Program-made: the position numbers and the translations under genes
Notes under the pieces: model-generated
Told to the model about the DNA's origin: nothing
The model's database searches: none
Seen by the model: only the letters and a program-made list of their open reading frames with translations
In this document: piece after piece, positions 9,439 through 18,103 of the stretch
How the letters are laid out: the number at the start of each line of letters is the position of its first letter
Position numbering within the stretch: position 1 is the stretch's first letter
Assembly: GCA_041180985.1 (NCBI GenBank)
Contig: JBEGQK010000027.1
Coordinates: forward strand, 1 to 51,579
Source: Actinomycetota bacterium
Lineage (GTDB): Bacteria; Actinomycetota; Acidimicrobiia; Acidimicrobiales; Ilumatobacteraceae
Direction of reading: 5' to 3'
Length of the DNA: 51,579 nt

Positions 9439-10177
9439 GCGGTGTCAGGCGTATGTCGGCAAATCGGAGGGTCGCGAGTCCGCAGGCGGCAAGGGTGCGG
9501 ATGACCCACCATCCCGGGTCGATCTCGGACCAACGGTGCGACAGCCGTGGCGACGACGGCGCCGCATGGTGGTTGTTGTGGAGACCTTCACCCATCGTGC
9601 AGAAGGCGAGCCACTGCAGATTCGTCGCCCTGTTGTCGTAGGGCCGGCGACCGAAATGGTGACCGAGTGCGTTGACGGCTGCGTTCCCGGCGAGATACAT
9701 GTTCGTGTGCGCGAAGGCAGCGAGGAACCCCACGAGTGGACCGCAGACGACCATCAGGATGGCGATTCCCGTGAGCAACCCCGTGTTCTTGTGGTTGAAC
9801 AGAAGGCGGTCCCAACGGTCGTCGGGCAGGTCACGCGCGTACTTCTCGAGAATCGCCGGGTCGCTCAGTGCCTTCCTGTAGAGGGCCACGTTCTTTGCCT
9901 GCACCGTCTTCCACCCGAGCAGGACAGGTGAATGCGGGTCACCGTCTTCGTCCGTGAACGCATGGTGCTTGCGGTGCACCGCGACCCATTGCCTCGGCTT
10001 TATCCCGGTGGTGAGCCAGATGATCGTCCTGAACACCATCGACGCGGGCTTGCGCAGGGTCAATCCGCGATGACTGAGGCAACGGTGGAGATAGACGGTC
10101 GTTGCCGTGTTGGCGACCGTGGTCACGAGGAATCCGATCCCGACGGCCAACAGAATCTGCAGCAGAAAATGCTTCAT
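9416..10177 (-). CDS. Membrane fatty-acid (acyl-CoA/lipid delta-9 type) desaturase
   Basis: Three histidine boxes (HRCLSH, HRKHH, HNNHH) and hydrophobic segments. ATG at 10177. Confidence 0.85.
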   Translation of the reverse strand: MKHFLLQILLAVGIGFLVTTVANTATTVYLHRCLSHRGLTLRKPASMVFRTIIWLTTGIKPRQWVAVHRKHHAFTDEDGDPHSPVLLGWKTVQAKNVALYRKALSDPAILEKYARDLPDDRWDRLLFNHKNTGLLTGIAILMVVCGPLVGFLAAFAHTNMYLAGNAAVNALGHHFGRRPYDNRATNLQWLAFCTMGEGLHNNHHAAPSSPRLSHRWSEIDPGWWVIRTLAACGLATLRFADIRLTPRAKAGAA

Positions 10178-10194
10178 GTCCCGACCTTAGACCG

Positions 10195-10212
10195 CTACCT
10201 ACTGGTAGGTAG
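10195..10212. promoter_or_regulatory. Inverted repeat CTACCTAC-TG-GTAGGTAG, a candidate TetR operator
   Basis: 8-bp perfect arms with a 2-bp spacer, inside the 53-bp divergent region between the desaturase ATG (10177) and the TetR start (10231). Confidence 0.4.
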
Positions 10213-10230
10213 GCAATCGGCGACGGTAAT

Positions 10231-10854
10231 TTGGAATCGATGGCCGAACAATCGCACGAGGAACGGGGCACGCGGGACCTGATTCTCGACGAGGCGGTCA
10301 CGTGCTTTGCCGAGCGTGGGTACGACGGGACGTCCCTGAACGACATCGCTGCCGGCGTGGGGATCAAGCGACCGAGCCTGCTGCACCATTTCCCGTCCAA
10401 GGAGGCCCTGTACGGGGACGTGTTCGAGCGGATCATGTCCGACTGGCTCGAGCGGGTTGACATTGCCGTCGCAATGGAGGCAACCGGGTGGGACAAGGTC
10501 GAACTGGTGCTGCGGGCGGGCTTCGCCTTGTTCGAGGACCATCCCGACTACGTCCGTTTGATGAGGCGCGAGGCGCTCGACGGGGGAATCCATCTCGGTA
10601 TCGACCTCGCATCGGTCCTGAAGCCCCTTTTCGAGTCGGCCGCTGCCTATCTGCAGGAGCTGATGGACGACGGTGTGCTCCGGAGGCACGATCCCCGCCA
10701 ACTGTTGATCACGGGGTACGGGGCAATCCTCACGTACTTCTCGGATGCACCTTTCGTGACGGGCCTTCTCAATGAGGAAGCCCTGACCACGAAGAACATC
10801 CGTGAACACTGCGAGAGCGTGATTGCGTTCTTCCGCTCGGCCCTTGTGGGTTGA
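10231..10854 (+). CDS. TetR family transcriptional regulator
   Basis: N-terminal HTH: ILDEAVTCFAERGYDGTSLNDIAAGVGIKRPSLLHHFPSKEALY. TTG start at 10231, with an alternative ATG at 10240. Confidence 0.85.
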   Translation: MESMAEQSHEERGTRDLILDEAVTCFAERGYDGTSLNDIAAGVGIKRPSLLHHFPSKEALYGDVFERIMSDWLERVDIAVAMEATGWDKVELVLRAGFALFEDHPDYVRLMRREALDGGIHLGIDLASVLKPLFESAAAYLQELMDDGVLRRHDPRQLLITGYGAILTYFSDAPFVTGLLNEEALTTKNIREHCESVIAFFRSALVG

Positions 10855-10893
10855 CCACCCCTGCAGTCCGGTCGCGCCAACTACCGTGTAGCC

Positions 10894-13053
10894 GTGTCCA
10901 CGAATTCCCACGGTTCCACCCTGTCCGAAGCCGCTTCGAAGGAGATTCTCCGCGAGTACGGGGTTCCGTTCGCCCGGGAAGCAGTGACCCACAGCGTCGA
11001 CGAGGCGGTCAGTGCGGCCGAGGCCATGGGCTTCCCCGTCGTGGTGAAACTCGGCGGGGACTCGATCGCCCACAAGACGGAGCGGGGACTGGTCCGACTC
11101 CGGCTCGCCGATGCGTCCCAGGTGCGTGCGGCAGCATCCGAACTGTTGTCGAAAGCGACGGCAGCGGATGGAGACGTTCACCTCTTGGTCGCCGAGATGG
11201 TCTCAGGCGGTCGCGAGTTGATCGCAGGAGTCCTGGTGGACCCACAGTTCGGGCCCACGGTCATGCTCGGTATCGGCGGCGTTCTCGCCGAGGCGATCGC
11301 GGACGTCACTTTCCGGCCGGCGCCGGTCTCCCGGGCCCAGGCCGCTGACATGATCGATTCGCTGCGGACGCAGAAATTCCTCGGCGCCTTCCGCGGTGAG
11401 GAGGCCGTCGACCGGGCCCAGCTCGTGGACTGCCTCGTCGCCCTGTCCGATGTCGCCGTGCGACGGACGGACATTTCGTCGGTCGACATCAACCCGTTGA
11501 TCGTCACGTCGTCGGGCCGCATCGTCGCCGTGGATGCTCTCGTCGAACTCGGCGAAAGGCCCGATCTCGCATCCACCTCGCGACGATTCTCGGACGAGCA
11601 GTTCCGTGCACTGTTCGACCCGAAGGGGGTGTTGGTGACCGGTGCATCGACGCACCCGGGCAAGTTCGGTTTCGTGTCCCTGCACAACATCCTCGCGAGC
11701 GGCTACGAGGGCGCGGTGTTCGGCACCAACCTGAGTGGGGAGGAGGTGCTCGGCGTGAAGACCGTCGCGGACATCGACGCCCTGCCCGACGATGCCATCG
11801 ACCTCGTGTTCGTGTGCACGCCTGCATCCGCCAATCCGGACCTGCTGCGGGCATGCGCACGCAAGGGCATCAAGGCGGCTTTCCTCACCTCTGCGGGCTA
11901 CGGCGAGGCAGGCGACGAAGGACGTGCGCTCGAGGCCGACCTCGTCGCTCTTGCCGACGAACTCGGGATACTCATGGCGGGTCCGAACGGCCAGGGTGTG
12001 GTGTCGACACCGGCACATCTGTGCGCACAGATCGTCGCGCCGTACCCACCCGCCGGCGGCATCGGTGTCGCGAGCCAGAGCGGCAACTTCGTCTCCAGTT
12101 TCATGAACTACGCACGCCAGACGGGCGTCGGGATCAGTCGTGCGGTGTCGGCGGGCAACGCCGCGGCCCTTGGTGTCGCCGACCTGGTCGAGTGGTACGC
12201 GGTCGACAACGAGACGAAGGTGTCGCTTGCCTACGTCGAGGGAATCTCCAATGGCCGGGCGCTCATGGACCGCCTCGGCGCAGTGACGACCAAGAAGCCG
12301 TTGGTCGTCATCAAGGGAGGTGCCACGGAGAACGGTGCGCGTGCCGCCGCCAGCCACACGGGTGCCCTCGCGGCCAACGACTCGGTCTTCGACGGTGAGT
12401 GCCGTGCAAAGGGAATCACGAGGGCAGCGACCGTGGAGGAGGCATACGAAGCCGCCGCAACGTTCGCGACGCAACCGCTCCCGAAGGGCCCGAACATCGT
12501 CGTCCTCACGACTGCCGGGGGATGGGGCGTTGTCACATCCGACGCCATCGCGCGAGACGGCGAGCTGAGGTTGATGCCGCTGCCGGATGACCTGCGTTCC
12601 GCGATCGACGGGAAGTTGCCGCCCCGGTGGAGCCGGAACAACCCGGTGGACTGCGCGGGCGGGGAGACGCGCGACACGATCCCGGAGGTCATGGAACTCA
12701 TCGCGTCGCACGCCGATGTCGACGCCGTCATCTATCTCGGACTCGGTATCCAGGCCAACCAGGCACGCCTCATGCGGGAGGGACGTTTCTATCCCGACCA
12801 CGGTCTGGAGCGGATCGTGGAGTACCACGAGCGCCAGGATGCACGCTTCGCGTCCGCGGCCGCGGAACTGAGCGCAAAGACTGGAAAGCCGATTCTCGTG
12901 GCCACCGAGCTTGCGACGGCTGACCCGCACAACGCCGGTGTGGTGGCCGTCCGCGAGAGCGGGCGACTCTGCTACGCCACAGGCAACCGGGCGGTCGTCG
13001 CTCTCGGCCACCTCTACCGCTACGCAAGGTTCACGGGTGTCGCGACACGCTGA
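10894..13053 (+). CDS. Acetate/acyl-CoA ligase (ADP-forming) family protein
   Basis: 719 aa. N-terminal ATP-grasp-like region (LSEAASKEILREYGVPF...), then a CoA-binding Rossmann region (VLVTGASTHPGKFG) and a succinyl-CoA-synthetase-like flavodoxin region. Confidence 0.8.
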   Translation: MSTNSHGSTLSEAASKEILREYGVPFAREAVTHSVDEAVSAAEAMGFPVVVKLGGDSIAHKTERGLVRLRLADASQVRAAASELLSKATAADGDVHLLVAEMVSGGRELIAGVLVDPQFGPTVMLGIGGVLAEAIADVTFRPAPVSRAQAADMIDSLRTQKFLGAFRGEEAVDRAQLVDCLVALSDVAVRRTDISSVDINPLIVTSSGRIVAVDALVELGERPDLASTSRRFSDEQFRALFDPKGVLVTGASTHPGKFGFVSLHNILASGYEGAVFGTNLSGEEVLGVKTVADIDALPDDAIDLVFVCTPASANPDLLRACARKGIKAAFLTSAGYGEAGDEGRALEADLVALADELGILMAGPNGQGVVSTPAHLCAQIVAPYPPAGGIGVASQSGNFVSSFMNYARQTGVGISRAVSAGNAAALGVADLVEWYAVDNETKVSLAYVEGISNGRALMDRLGAVTTKKPLVVIKGGATENGARAAASHTGALAANDSVFDGECRAKGITRAATVEEAYEAAATFATQPLPKGPNIVVLTTAGGWGVVTSDAIARDGELRLMPLPDDLRSAIDGKLPPRWSRNNPVDCAGGETRDTIPEVMELIASHADVDAVIYLGLGIQANQARLMREGRFYPDHGLERIVEYHERQDARFASAAAELSAKTGKPILVATELATADPHNAGVVAVRESGRLCYATGNRAVVALGHLYRYARFTGVATR

Positions 13054-13099
13054 TCGCACTCCGCGCCGGGCGGACAATCCGGCCAGGCTCGTCGCAACC

Positions 13100-14449
13100 G
13101 TGGGAGTGGCCGGGGCGCTCGTGCTCGGTGGGCTGTTCATGGCACTGTCATCGCTTGGCTCGCGTGTCGATGCACTCGGGGCGGCGACGCCGCGGGACAA
13201 CCCGCGTCAACCCGTGCTGTCCGCGCGCCGGACTCCGGGGACTCTCTCTTTCGTGACGCGCACGGCGCGCGTCACTTCGGGTTTGTCGGACCTGCGCAAC
13301 GGTCTGCCCACGGGTTCGTGTCTGTCGGTCCACTGGCTGGGGAGCGATCTCGAGCAGGTTCGCGCCTCGGAATCGTTCGTGCCGGGAAGCGCGGTCAAGT
13401 TGGTGACGGCAGCGGTGGCCCTCGAGGTGCTCGGTCCGGACACGACGTTCACCACCTCCGTGCGTGCCACGAAGAACCCGGACGGCACCGTCGGTGACCT
13501 GTTCATTGTCGGCGGCGGGGACCCGCTCATCGTGCGCAACGAGTACACGGCATCAGAGAAGTACCCCACCTTCAACCAGACTTCGCTCGAGTCGATTGCG
13601 GACGGGATCGTGGCGGCCGGTGTACGCGCCGTGACGGGACGAGTCGTCGGCGTGGACACGTATCTCGACGCCGAGCGGTTCGTGGCGGGATGGCCGCCCG
13701 AATACCACGGCACGGAGAGCGGACCCCTCGGTGCACTCGTTGTCGACGACGGCGCGGTGGTCGGTCAGCCACTGAAGCCGGATGATCCTGCGCTCGCGGC
13801 AGCAGGGGAGCTTGCGGTCCTGCTGCAGGCGAGGGGTGTCGCCGTGGCAGGCGGGTCGGCGCACGATGTTCTCCCGTCCGGCACGGAGCCGGTGCTTGAC
13901 GTTCCGTCGTCAACTGTTGCGGGCATCGTCAACGAGATGCTCGTCAACAGCGACAACAACACCGCCGAGACCCTGCTCAAGCAGATCGGAGTGAAGGGCA
14001 AGGGTGTCGGGTCGACGGCGGACGGTCTGGCAGTCGTGAGCGAGACCCTGAAGAAGTGGGGGATCCCCGACGGCTGGACGATGAACGACGGTTCCGGTCT
14101 GTCCGCGGACAACAAGTTCTCGTGCGCAGTGTTCGACGCGCTTCTCGACCGCTTCGTCGACAGGTTCCCGACGTTGCTTGCCGTGGCGGGCAAGACGGGA
14201 ACGCTGCGCGAGTCCTTCCTCGACAGCCCGCTCGAGGGCGTCCTCGTCGGCAAGACGGGCACCCTCAACGGCGTGAAGGCGCTCGCCGGATACGTCCCCA
14301 TCGACGGCGACGAGCCCGTGAGGTTCGTCCTGCTCCTCAACAAGCCGGGCATCGACAACAAGTCCGCGTACCGGCCGCTGTGGGCGATGCTCTCGGACGG
14401 TCTGCGACGTGCGTCTGCAGGTCCGCGCAGCGCAGACCTGGCACCCTGA
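13100..14449 (+). CDS. dacB: D-alanyl-D-alanine carboxypeptidase/endopeptidase (PBP4, S13 family)
   Basis: SxxK (PGSAVKL), SxN (NSDNNTAE) and KTG (GKTGTL). The start is set at the first start codon after the upstream stop (GTG 13100), before the hydrophobic signal or anchor segment. The start is uncertain. Confidence 0.8.
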   Translation: MGVAGALVLGGLFMALSSLGSRVDALGAATPRDNPRQPVLSARRTPGTLSFVTRTARVTSGLSDLRNGLPTGSCLSVHWLGSDLEQVRASESFVPGSAVKLVTAAVALEVLGPDTTFTTSVRATKNPDGTVGDLFIVGGGDPLIVRNEYTASEKYPTFNQTSLESIADGIVAAGVRAVTGRVVGVDTYLDAERFVAGWPPEYHGTESGPLGALVVDDGAVVGQPLKPDDPALAAAGELAVLLQARGVAVAGGSAHDVLPSGTEPVLDVPSSTVAGIVNEMLVNSDNNTAETLLKQIGVKGKGVGSTADGLAVVSETLKKWGIPDGWTMNDGSGLSADNKFSCAVFDALLDRFVDRFPTLLAVAGKTGTLRESFLDSPLEGVLVGKTGTLNGVKALAGYVPIDGDEPVRFVLLLNKPGIDNKSAYRPLWAMLSDGLRRASAGPRSADLAP

Positions 14450-14492
14450 CCCGGGCGGACCCATTCCCGTGGTGTCCCCATAGGCTGTCCGC

Positions 14493-14831
14493 ATGTCCCT
14501 GCCGGCATCCTCACCGAGAGAAAGCTCCACCGACCGCGTCGCCGACCTCGTGGACTCCGTGAAGGCCTATGCCGTCCAGGAAACGGTCGGCCCGATCAAG
14601 GGTGCGGGACGTTGGCTGGCTTACGGCACTCTTGCGTCGCTGAGTCTCGGCATGTCCGTCGTCATGCTCGGGCTGGGTGCGCTGAGATTGTCCCAGAACG
14701 TCGGCGGAACGGCCCTCGACGGCGCATGGTCCTTCGTGCATTATCTCGTTGCTGCCGTCGTCCTCTCGGCAGCGGTGTGGGCGGCAATCTCCCGCATCTC
14801 CAAGACTTCCCTGGCAAAGGATCCATCATGA
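14493..14831 (+). CDS. Two-TM small membrane protein (DUF1469 / Phage_holin_3_6 / YqjE-like architecture)
   Basis: 112 aa. Amphipathic N-terminal helix, two hydrophobic helices (WLAYGTLASLSLGMSVVMLGLGAL; FVHYLVAAVVLSAAVWAAI) and a polar tail. The stop overlaps the next ATG (ATGA). Confidence 0.65.
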   Translation: MSLPASSPRESSTDRVADLVDSVKAYAVQETVGPIKGAGRWLAYGTLASLSLGMSVVMLGLGALRLSQNVGGTALDGAWSFVHYLVAAVVLSAAVWAAISRISKTSLAKDPS

Positions 14832-15034
14832 GCGAGCAACGCATCACACGAGACGAGTTGGAGAACAAGTTCCGGGTCCTGCAGGCCGACATCCAGGGCC
14901 GTGCAGAGGACAAGAGACAGTCCGTCGTGGCCGCCGGTGGTGCCATCGCGACCGCGGTCATCATCATTGCGTACCTGCTCGGTCGGCGTTCCGGACGCAA
15001 GCGTTCCGGTCGGGTCGAGTTCAGACGTTTCTGA
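14828..15034 (+). CDS. Small C-tail-anchored membrane protein (DUF883/YqjD-ElaB-like architecture)
   Basis: 68 aa. Charged N-terminal helix, one TM segment (VVAAGGAIATAVIIIAYLLG) and a basic tail (RRSGRKRSGR). The ATG overlaps the upstream stop. Confidence 0.55.
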   Translation: MSEQRITRDELENKFRVLQADIQGRAEDKRQSVVAAGGAIATAVIIIAYLLGRRSGRKRSGRVEFRRF

Positions 15035-15039
15035 GAGCC

Positions 15040-15237
15040 ATGGCACTTGTCAGGTTCATCGGGCGCCGCCTGCTGCGCCGCCTGCAGTCGCGCAGCAGAT
15101 GGGTCTCACGCGTGTTGGTTCTCCTCGGGGTCGTCCGGTGGTGGAACGACAGGCCGCGTTCGCGCCGTGTCGTCCGTCTGGCGAGGGGCGAGACCCTTGT
15201 CGTGGGCATCGAACGGAACGGCGGGACGGCGCCATGA
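15040..15237 (+). CDS. Small Arg/Trp-rich hypothetical protein
   Basis: 65 codons starting at ATG 15040. The stop overlaps the trmI ATG (ATGA at 15234-15237). It has a hydrophobic core (VSRVLVLLGVV). No family recognised. Confidence 0.4.
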   Translation: MALVRFIGRRLLRRLQSRSRWVSRVLVLLGVVRWWNDRPRSRRVVRLARGETLVVGIERNGGTAP

Positions 15238-16001
15238 GTTCCGAGTTCAGGTCGGGGGAGAAGGCGCTCTTCATCGACTCGAAGAAGCGCAGGTACCTCG
15301 TCACGTTGAACGACGAGGGCGAGTTCCACAGCCACGCCGGCTACGTGCCCCATGCCCAACTGATCGGCAAGAAGCCGGGGGCGGTTCTCGAATCGACGAA
15401 GGGGGCCCGCTACATCGTGGTGCGCCCGACCCTCGAGGACTTCGTCGTGGAGATGCCCCGCGGGGCACAGGTCATCTATCCGAAGGATCTCGCACCCATC
15501 TGCATGCTCGGGGACATCCACCCGGGTGTCCGCGTCTACGAGACGGGCATCGGCAGCGGTGCGCTCTCCATGACGATGCTTCGATGGGGCGCGGAGATCA
15601 CCGGGGTGGAACTGCGCGAGGACTTCATGAACAGGGCCCGCGCCAACGTCACGTCGTTCCTCGGGGAAGAAGCGCTCGACAGGTACCACCTCTCGCTCGG
15701 TGACTCCTACGCCGAGACGCCCGAAGGCGAGTTCGACAGGGTCGTGCTCGATCTTCCCGAGCCGTGGCAGGTCGTGCCGCACGCAGAGAAAGTGCTCACG
15801 ACCGGAGGGCTGCTGGTGGCGTACACGCCGTCCATCACGCAGGCTGTACAGACGAGGGATGCCCTCGGCAGGGGATGGGTGGACCAGCGGACACTGGAGG
15901 TGCTGCACCGGACCTGGCACATCGAGGGCATGTCAGTGCGTCCGGATCACCGCATGGTGGCCCACACGGCTTTTCTCACGGTGGCCCGTTACATCGGTTG
16001 A
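15234..16001 (+). CDS. trmI: tRNA (adenine58-N1)-methyltransferase TrmI
   Basis: Gcd14/TrmI-type N-terminal beta domain (KRRYLVTLNDEGEFHSHAGY), a SAM motif (VYETGIGSGALSMTM) and DLPEPW. Synteny with arc matches mycobacteria. Confidence 0.85.
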   Translation: MSSEFRSGEKALFIDSKKRRYLVTLNDEGEFHSHAGYVPHAQLIGKKPGAVLESTKGARYIVVRPTLEDFVVEMPRGAQVIYPKDLAPICMLGDIHPGVRVYETGIGSGALSMTMLRWGAEITGVELREDFMNRARANVTSFLGEEALDRYHLSLGDSYAETPEGEFDRVVLDLPEPWQVVPHAEKVLTTGGLLVAYTPSITQAVQTRDALGRGWVDQRTLEVLHRTWHIEGMSVRPDHRMVAHTAFLTVARYIG

Positions 16002-16026
16002 ACGACGGCCGACGGCCGCGTGACGA

Positions 16027-16272
16027 TCAGGGCTCGATGAAGATGCACTCGCCGGGGCATTCCTCGGCGGACTCGATGACACCATCGAGCTTGTTGTCCG
16101 GGATGTTCGCGAGACCGTCGGCACCCTGCTTGTTGCCCTTGGCCTCGGCAAAGACCGTGGCGCCTTCCTTCACGTAGGCGAGACCGTCGTCGAGAAGCGT
16201 GAACACGTCGGGGGCGATTTCCTCACAGAGGCCGTCTCCGGTGCACAGGTCCTGGTCAATCCACACCTTCAT
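16027..16272 (-). CDS. Small single-cluster ferredoxin
   Basis: 81 aa: MKVWIDQDLCTGDGLCEEIAPDVF ... ECPGECIFIEP, a CxxxxxC...CP pattern typical of actinobacterial 3Fe-4S/4Fe-4S ferredoxins. Confidence 0.85.
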   Translation of the reverse strand: MKVWIDQDLCTGDGLCEEIAPDVFTLLDDGLAYVKEGATVFAEAKGNKQGADGLANIPDNKLDGVIESAEECPGECIFIEP

Positions 16273-16406
16273 TTGAATGTCCCTTCGTACCGATTTTCGG
16301 GGGTCGTGTCCCTTTTGGGCTTGCCGAAGTCTACACGGGGCTCCCTCCCGAACCCCGTCTGTTGCTCGGTCTGGTCGCCGTGGCGACGGCGCAATAACCT
16401 TCCACC

Positions 16407-18101
16407 ATGACAGACGCGGAACGTCGGGCGCTGGAATCGGAAATCGAACAGTTGCGGCAGCGACTGGCGCTGTTGCCGGACCGTTCGCGCCAGATCGAGG
16501 AGCAACTCCTCGAGGTGAAAGGCCAGCTGGCCTCGGCCGCGAACCAGAACTCGAGACTGACGTCTGCCTTGCGTGACGCCCGTCAACAGATCGAGAACAT
16601 GCGTGCCGAGGTCGACAAGCTGTCCGCCCCCCCGAATGGCTACGGCGTCCTCCTGGAGTTGAACGACGACCGTTCTGTCGACGTGCTGGTCTCCGGTCGG
16701 AAGATGCGAGTTCAGGTGGCGGAGGGGGTGGAACACGACAGCTTGCACCGAGGAGCAGAGGTGGTGCTGAACGAGTCGATGAACGTGGTCATGGTGCGCG
16801 GCGCGGAGGTGGCGGGCGAGGTCGTGACGATCGTGGAACTCCTCGAGGACGGCATCCGCGCGATGGTCACGGCGAGGAACGACGAGCGCCGTGTGGTCAC
16901 CCTGTCGGACGGTCTGCGCGGCACCAACGTGCGCAGCGGTGACCTGTACCTCTACGACGCGAAGAGTTCCGTCCTGCTCGAGAGGCTCCACCAGCCCGAC
17001 GTGGAGGACCTGTTGCTCGAGGAGGTCCCCGACGTCACGTACGAGGACATCGGGGGTCTCGACGACCAGATCGAGCAGATCGCGGACGCCGTCGAGTTGC
17101 CGTTCCTGCACACCGAACTGTTCGCCGAGTACCGCCTGCCCGCGCCGAAGGGGATCCTTCTGTACGGACCTCCCGGTTGCGGCAAGACGATGATCGCAAA
17201 GGCCGTCGCCAACAGCCTGGCCAAGAAGGTGGCCGAGCGCACCGGTGCCGACAAGGCGAGAAGCTATTTCATCAATGTGAAGGGACCCGAGCTGCTCAAC
17301 AAGTACGTGGGTGAGACGGAACGACAGATCCGGCAGATATTCGTCCGTGCCCGCGAGAAGAGCGAGGAGGGATGGCCGGTGATCGTGTTCTTCGACGAGA
17401 TGGACTCGATGTTCCGTGCACGCGGCACCGGGGTGTCCTCCGACATGGAGTCGACGATCGTTCCGCAGTTGCTGGCCGAACTGGACGGTGTCGAGGGGCT
17501 CTCGAACGTCATGGTGATCGGGGCCACGAACCGTGAGGACCTCATCGACCCGGCAATCCTCAGGCCGGGACGTCTCGACGTGAAGATCAAGGTCGATCGA
17601 CCCTCGGCAGCCGCCGCCCGGCAGATCTTCTCGCGTTACCTCGTGGCCGACCTTCCGTATGCCTTCGACTCGACCACCACCGACCTCCAGGCTCTGATCG
17701 ACCTGACCGTGCGGGAGATGTACCGCACCGACGAGTCCACGGAGTTCCTCGAGGTCACTTATCAGAACGGTGACCGTGAGACCCTGTACTTCAAGGACTT
17801 TGCGAGCGGTGCGATGATCGACAACATCGTGCGCCGCGCCAAGAAGTACGCGATCAAGAGGCATCTGGCGGGGGACAGGGAGGGCATCACCCCTGACGAC
17901 CTCGTGAGGTCCATCCGCGACGAGTTCCACGAGAACGAGGACCTGCCGAACACCACGAACCCCGACGACTGGGCGCGGATCTCGGGACGCAAGGGTGAGC
18001 GCATCATCTTCATCCGCACGCTCGTCCATGGTTCCCCCGGGGACGGCGGGAACGCCGGTGGCAAGGCCATCGAGCGGACGGTGTCGGGCCAGTACCTCTG
18101 A
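16407..18101 (+). CDS. arc: Proteasome-associated AAA ATPase ARC/Mpa
   Basis: N-terminal coiled coil, OB-domain region, Walker A (GPPGCGKT), Walker B (VIVFFDEMD) and a C-terminal GQYL proteasome-docking tail. Confidence 0.95.
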   Translation: MTDAERRALESEIEQLRQRLALLPDRSRQIEEQLLEVKGQLASAANQNSRLTSALRDARQQIENMRAEVDKLSAPPNGYGVLLELNDDRSVDVLVSGRKMRVQVAEGVEHDSLHRGAEVVLNESMNVVMVRGAEVAGEVVTIVELLEDGIRAMVTARNDERRVVTLSDGLRGTNVRSGDLYLYDAKSSVLLERLHQPDVEDLLLEEVPDVTYEDIGGLDDQIEQIADAVELPFLHTELFAEYRLPAPKGILLYGPPGCGKTMIAKAVANSLAKKVAERTGADKARSYFINVKGPELLNKYVGETERQIRQIFVRAREKSEEGWPVIVFFDEMDSMFRARGTGVSSDMESTIVPQLLAELDGVEGLSNVMVIGATNREDLIDPAILRPGRLDVKIKVDRPSAAAARQIFSRYLVADLPYAFDSTTTDLQALIDLTVREMYRTDESTEFLEVTYQNGDRETLYFKDFASGAMIDNIVRRAKKYAIKRHLAGDREGITPDDLVRSIRDEFHENEDLPNTTNPDDWARISGRKGERIIFIRTLVHGSPGDGGNAGGKAIERTVSGQYL

Positions 18102-18103
18102 CG

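Noticed and set aside
11203-13200. 665-aa minus-strand ORF antisense to the acyl-CoA synthetase gene
   Set aside because: It is a shadow ORF. The plus-strand frame carries the ATP-grasp and CoA-binding motifs.
16273-16406. Short palindrome GTCGCC-GT-GGCGAC in the ferredoxin/arc divergent region, considered as a regulator site
   Set aside because: Its 6-bp GC-rich arms are expected many times by chance at this GC content, and it resembles no known motif.
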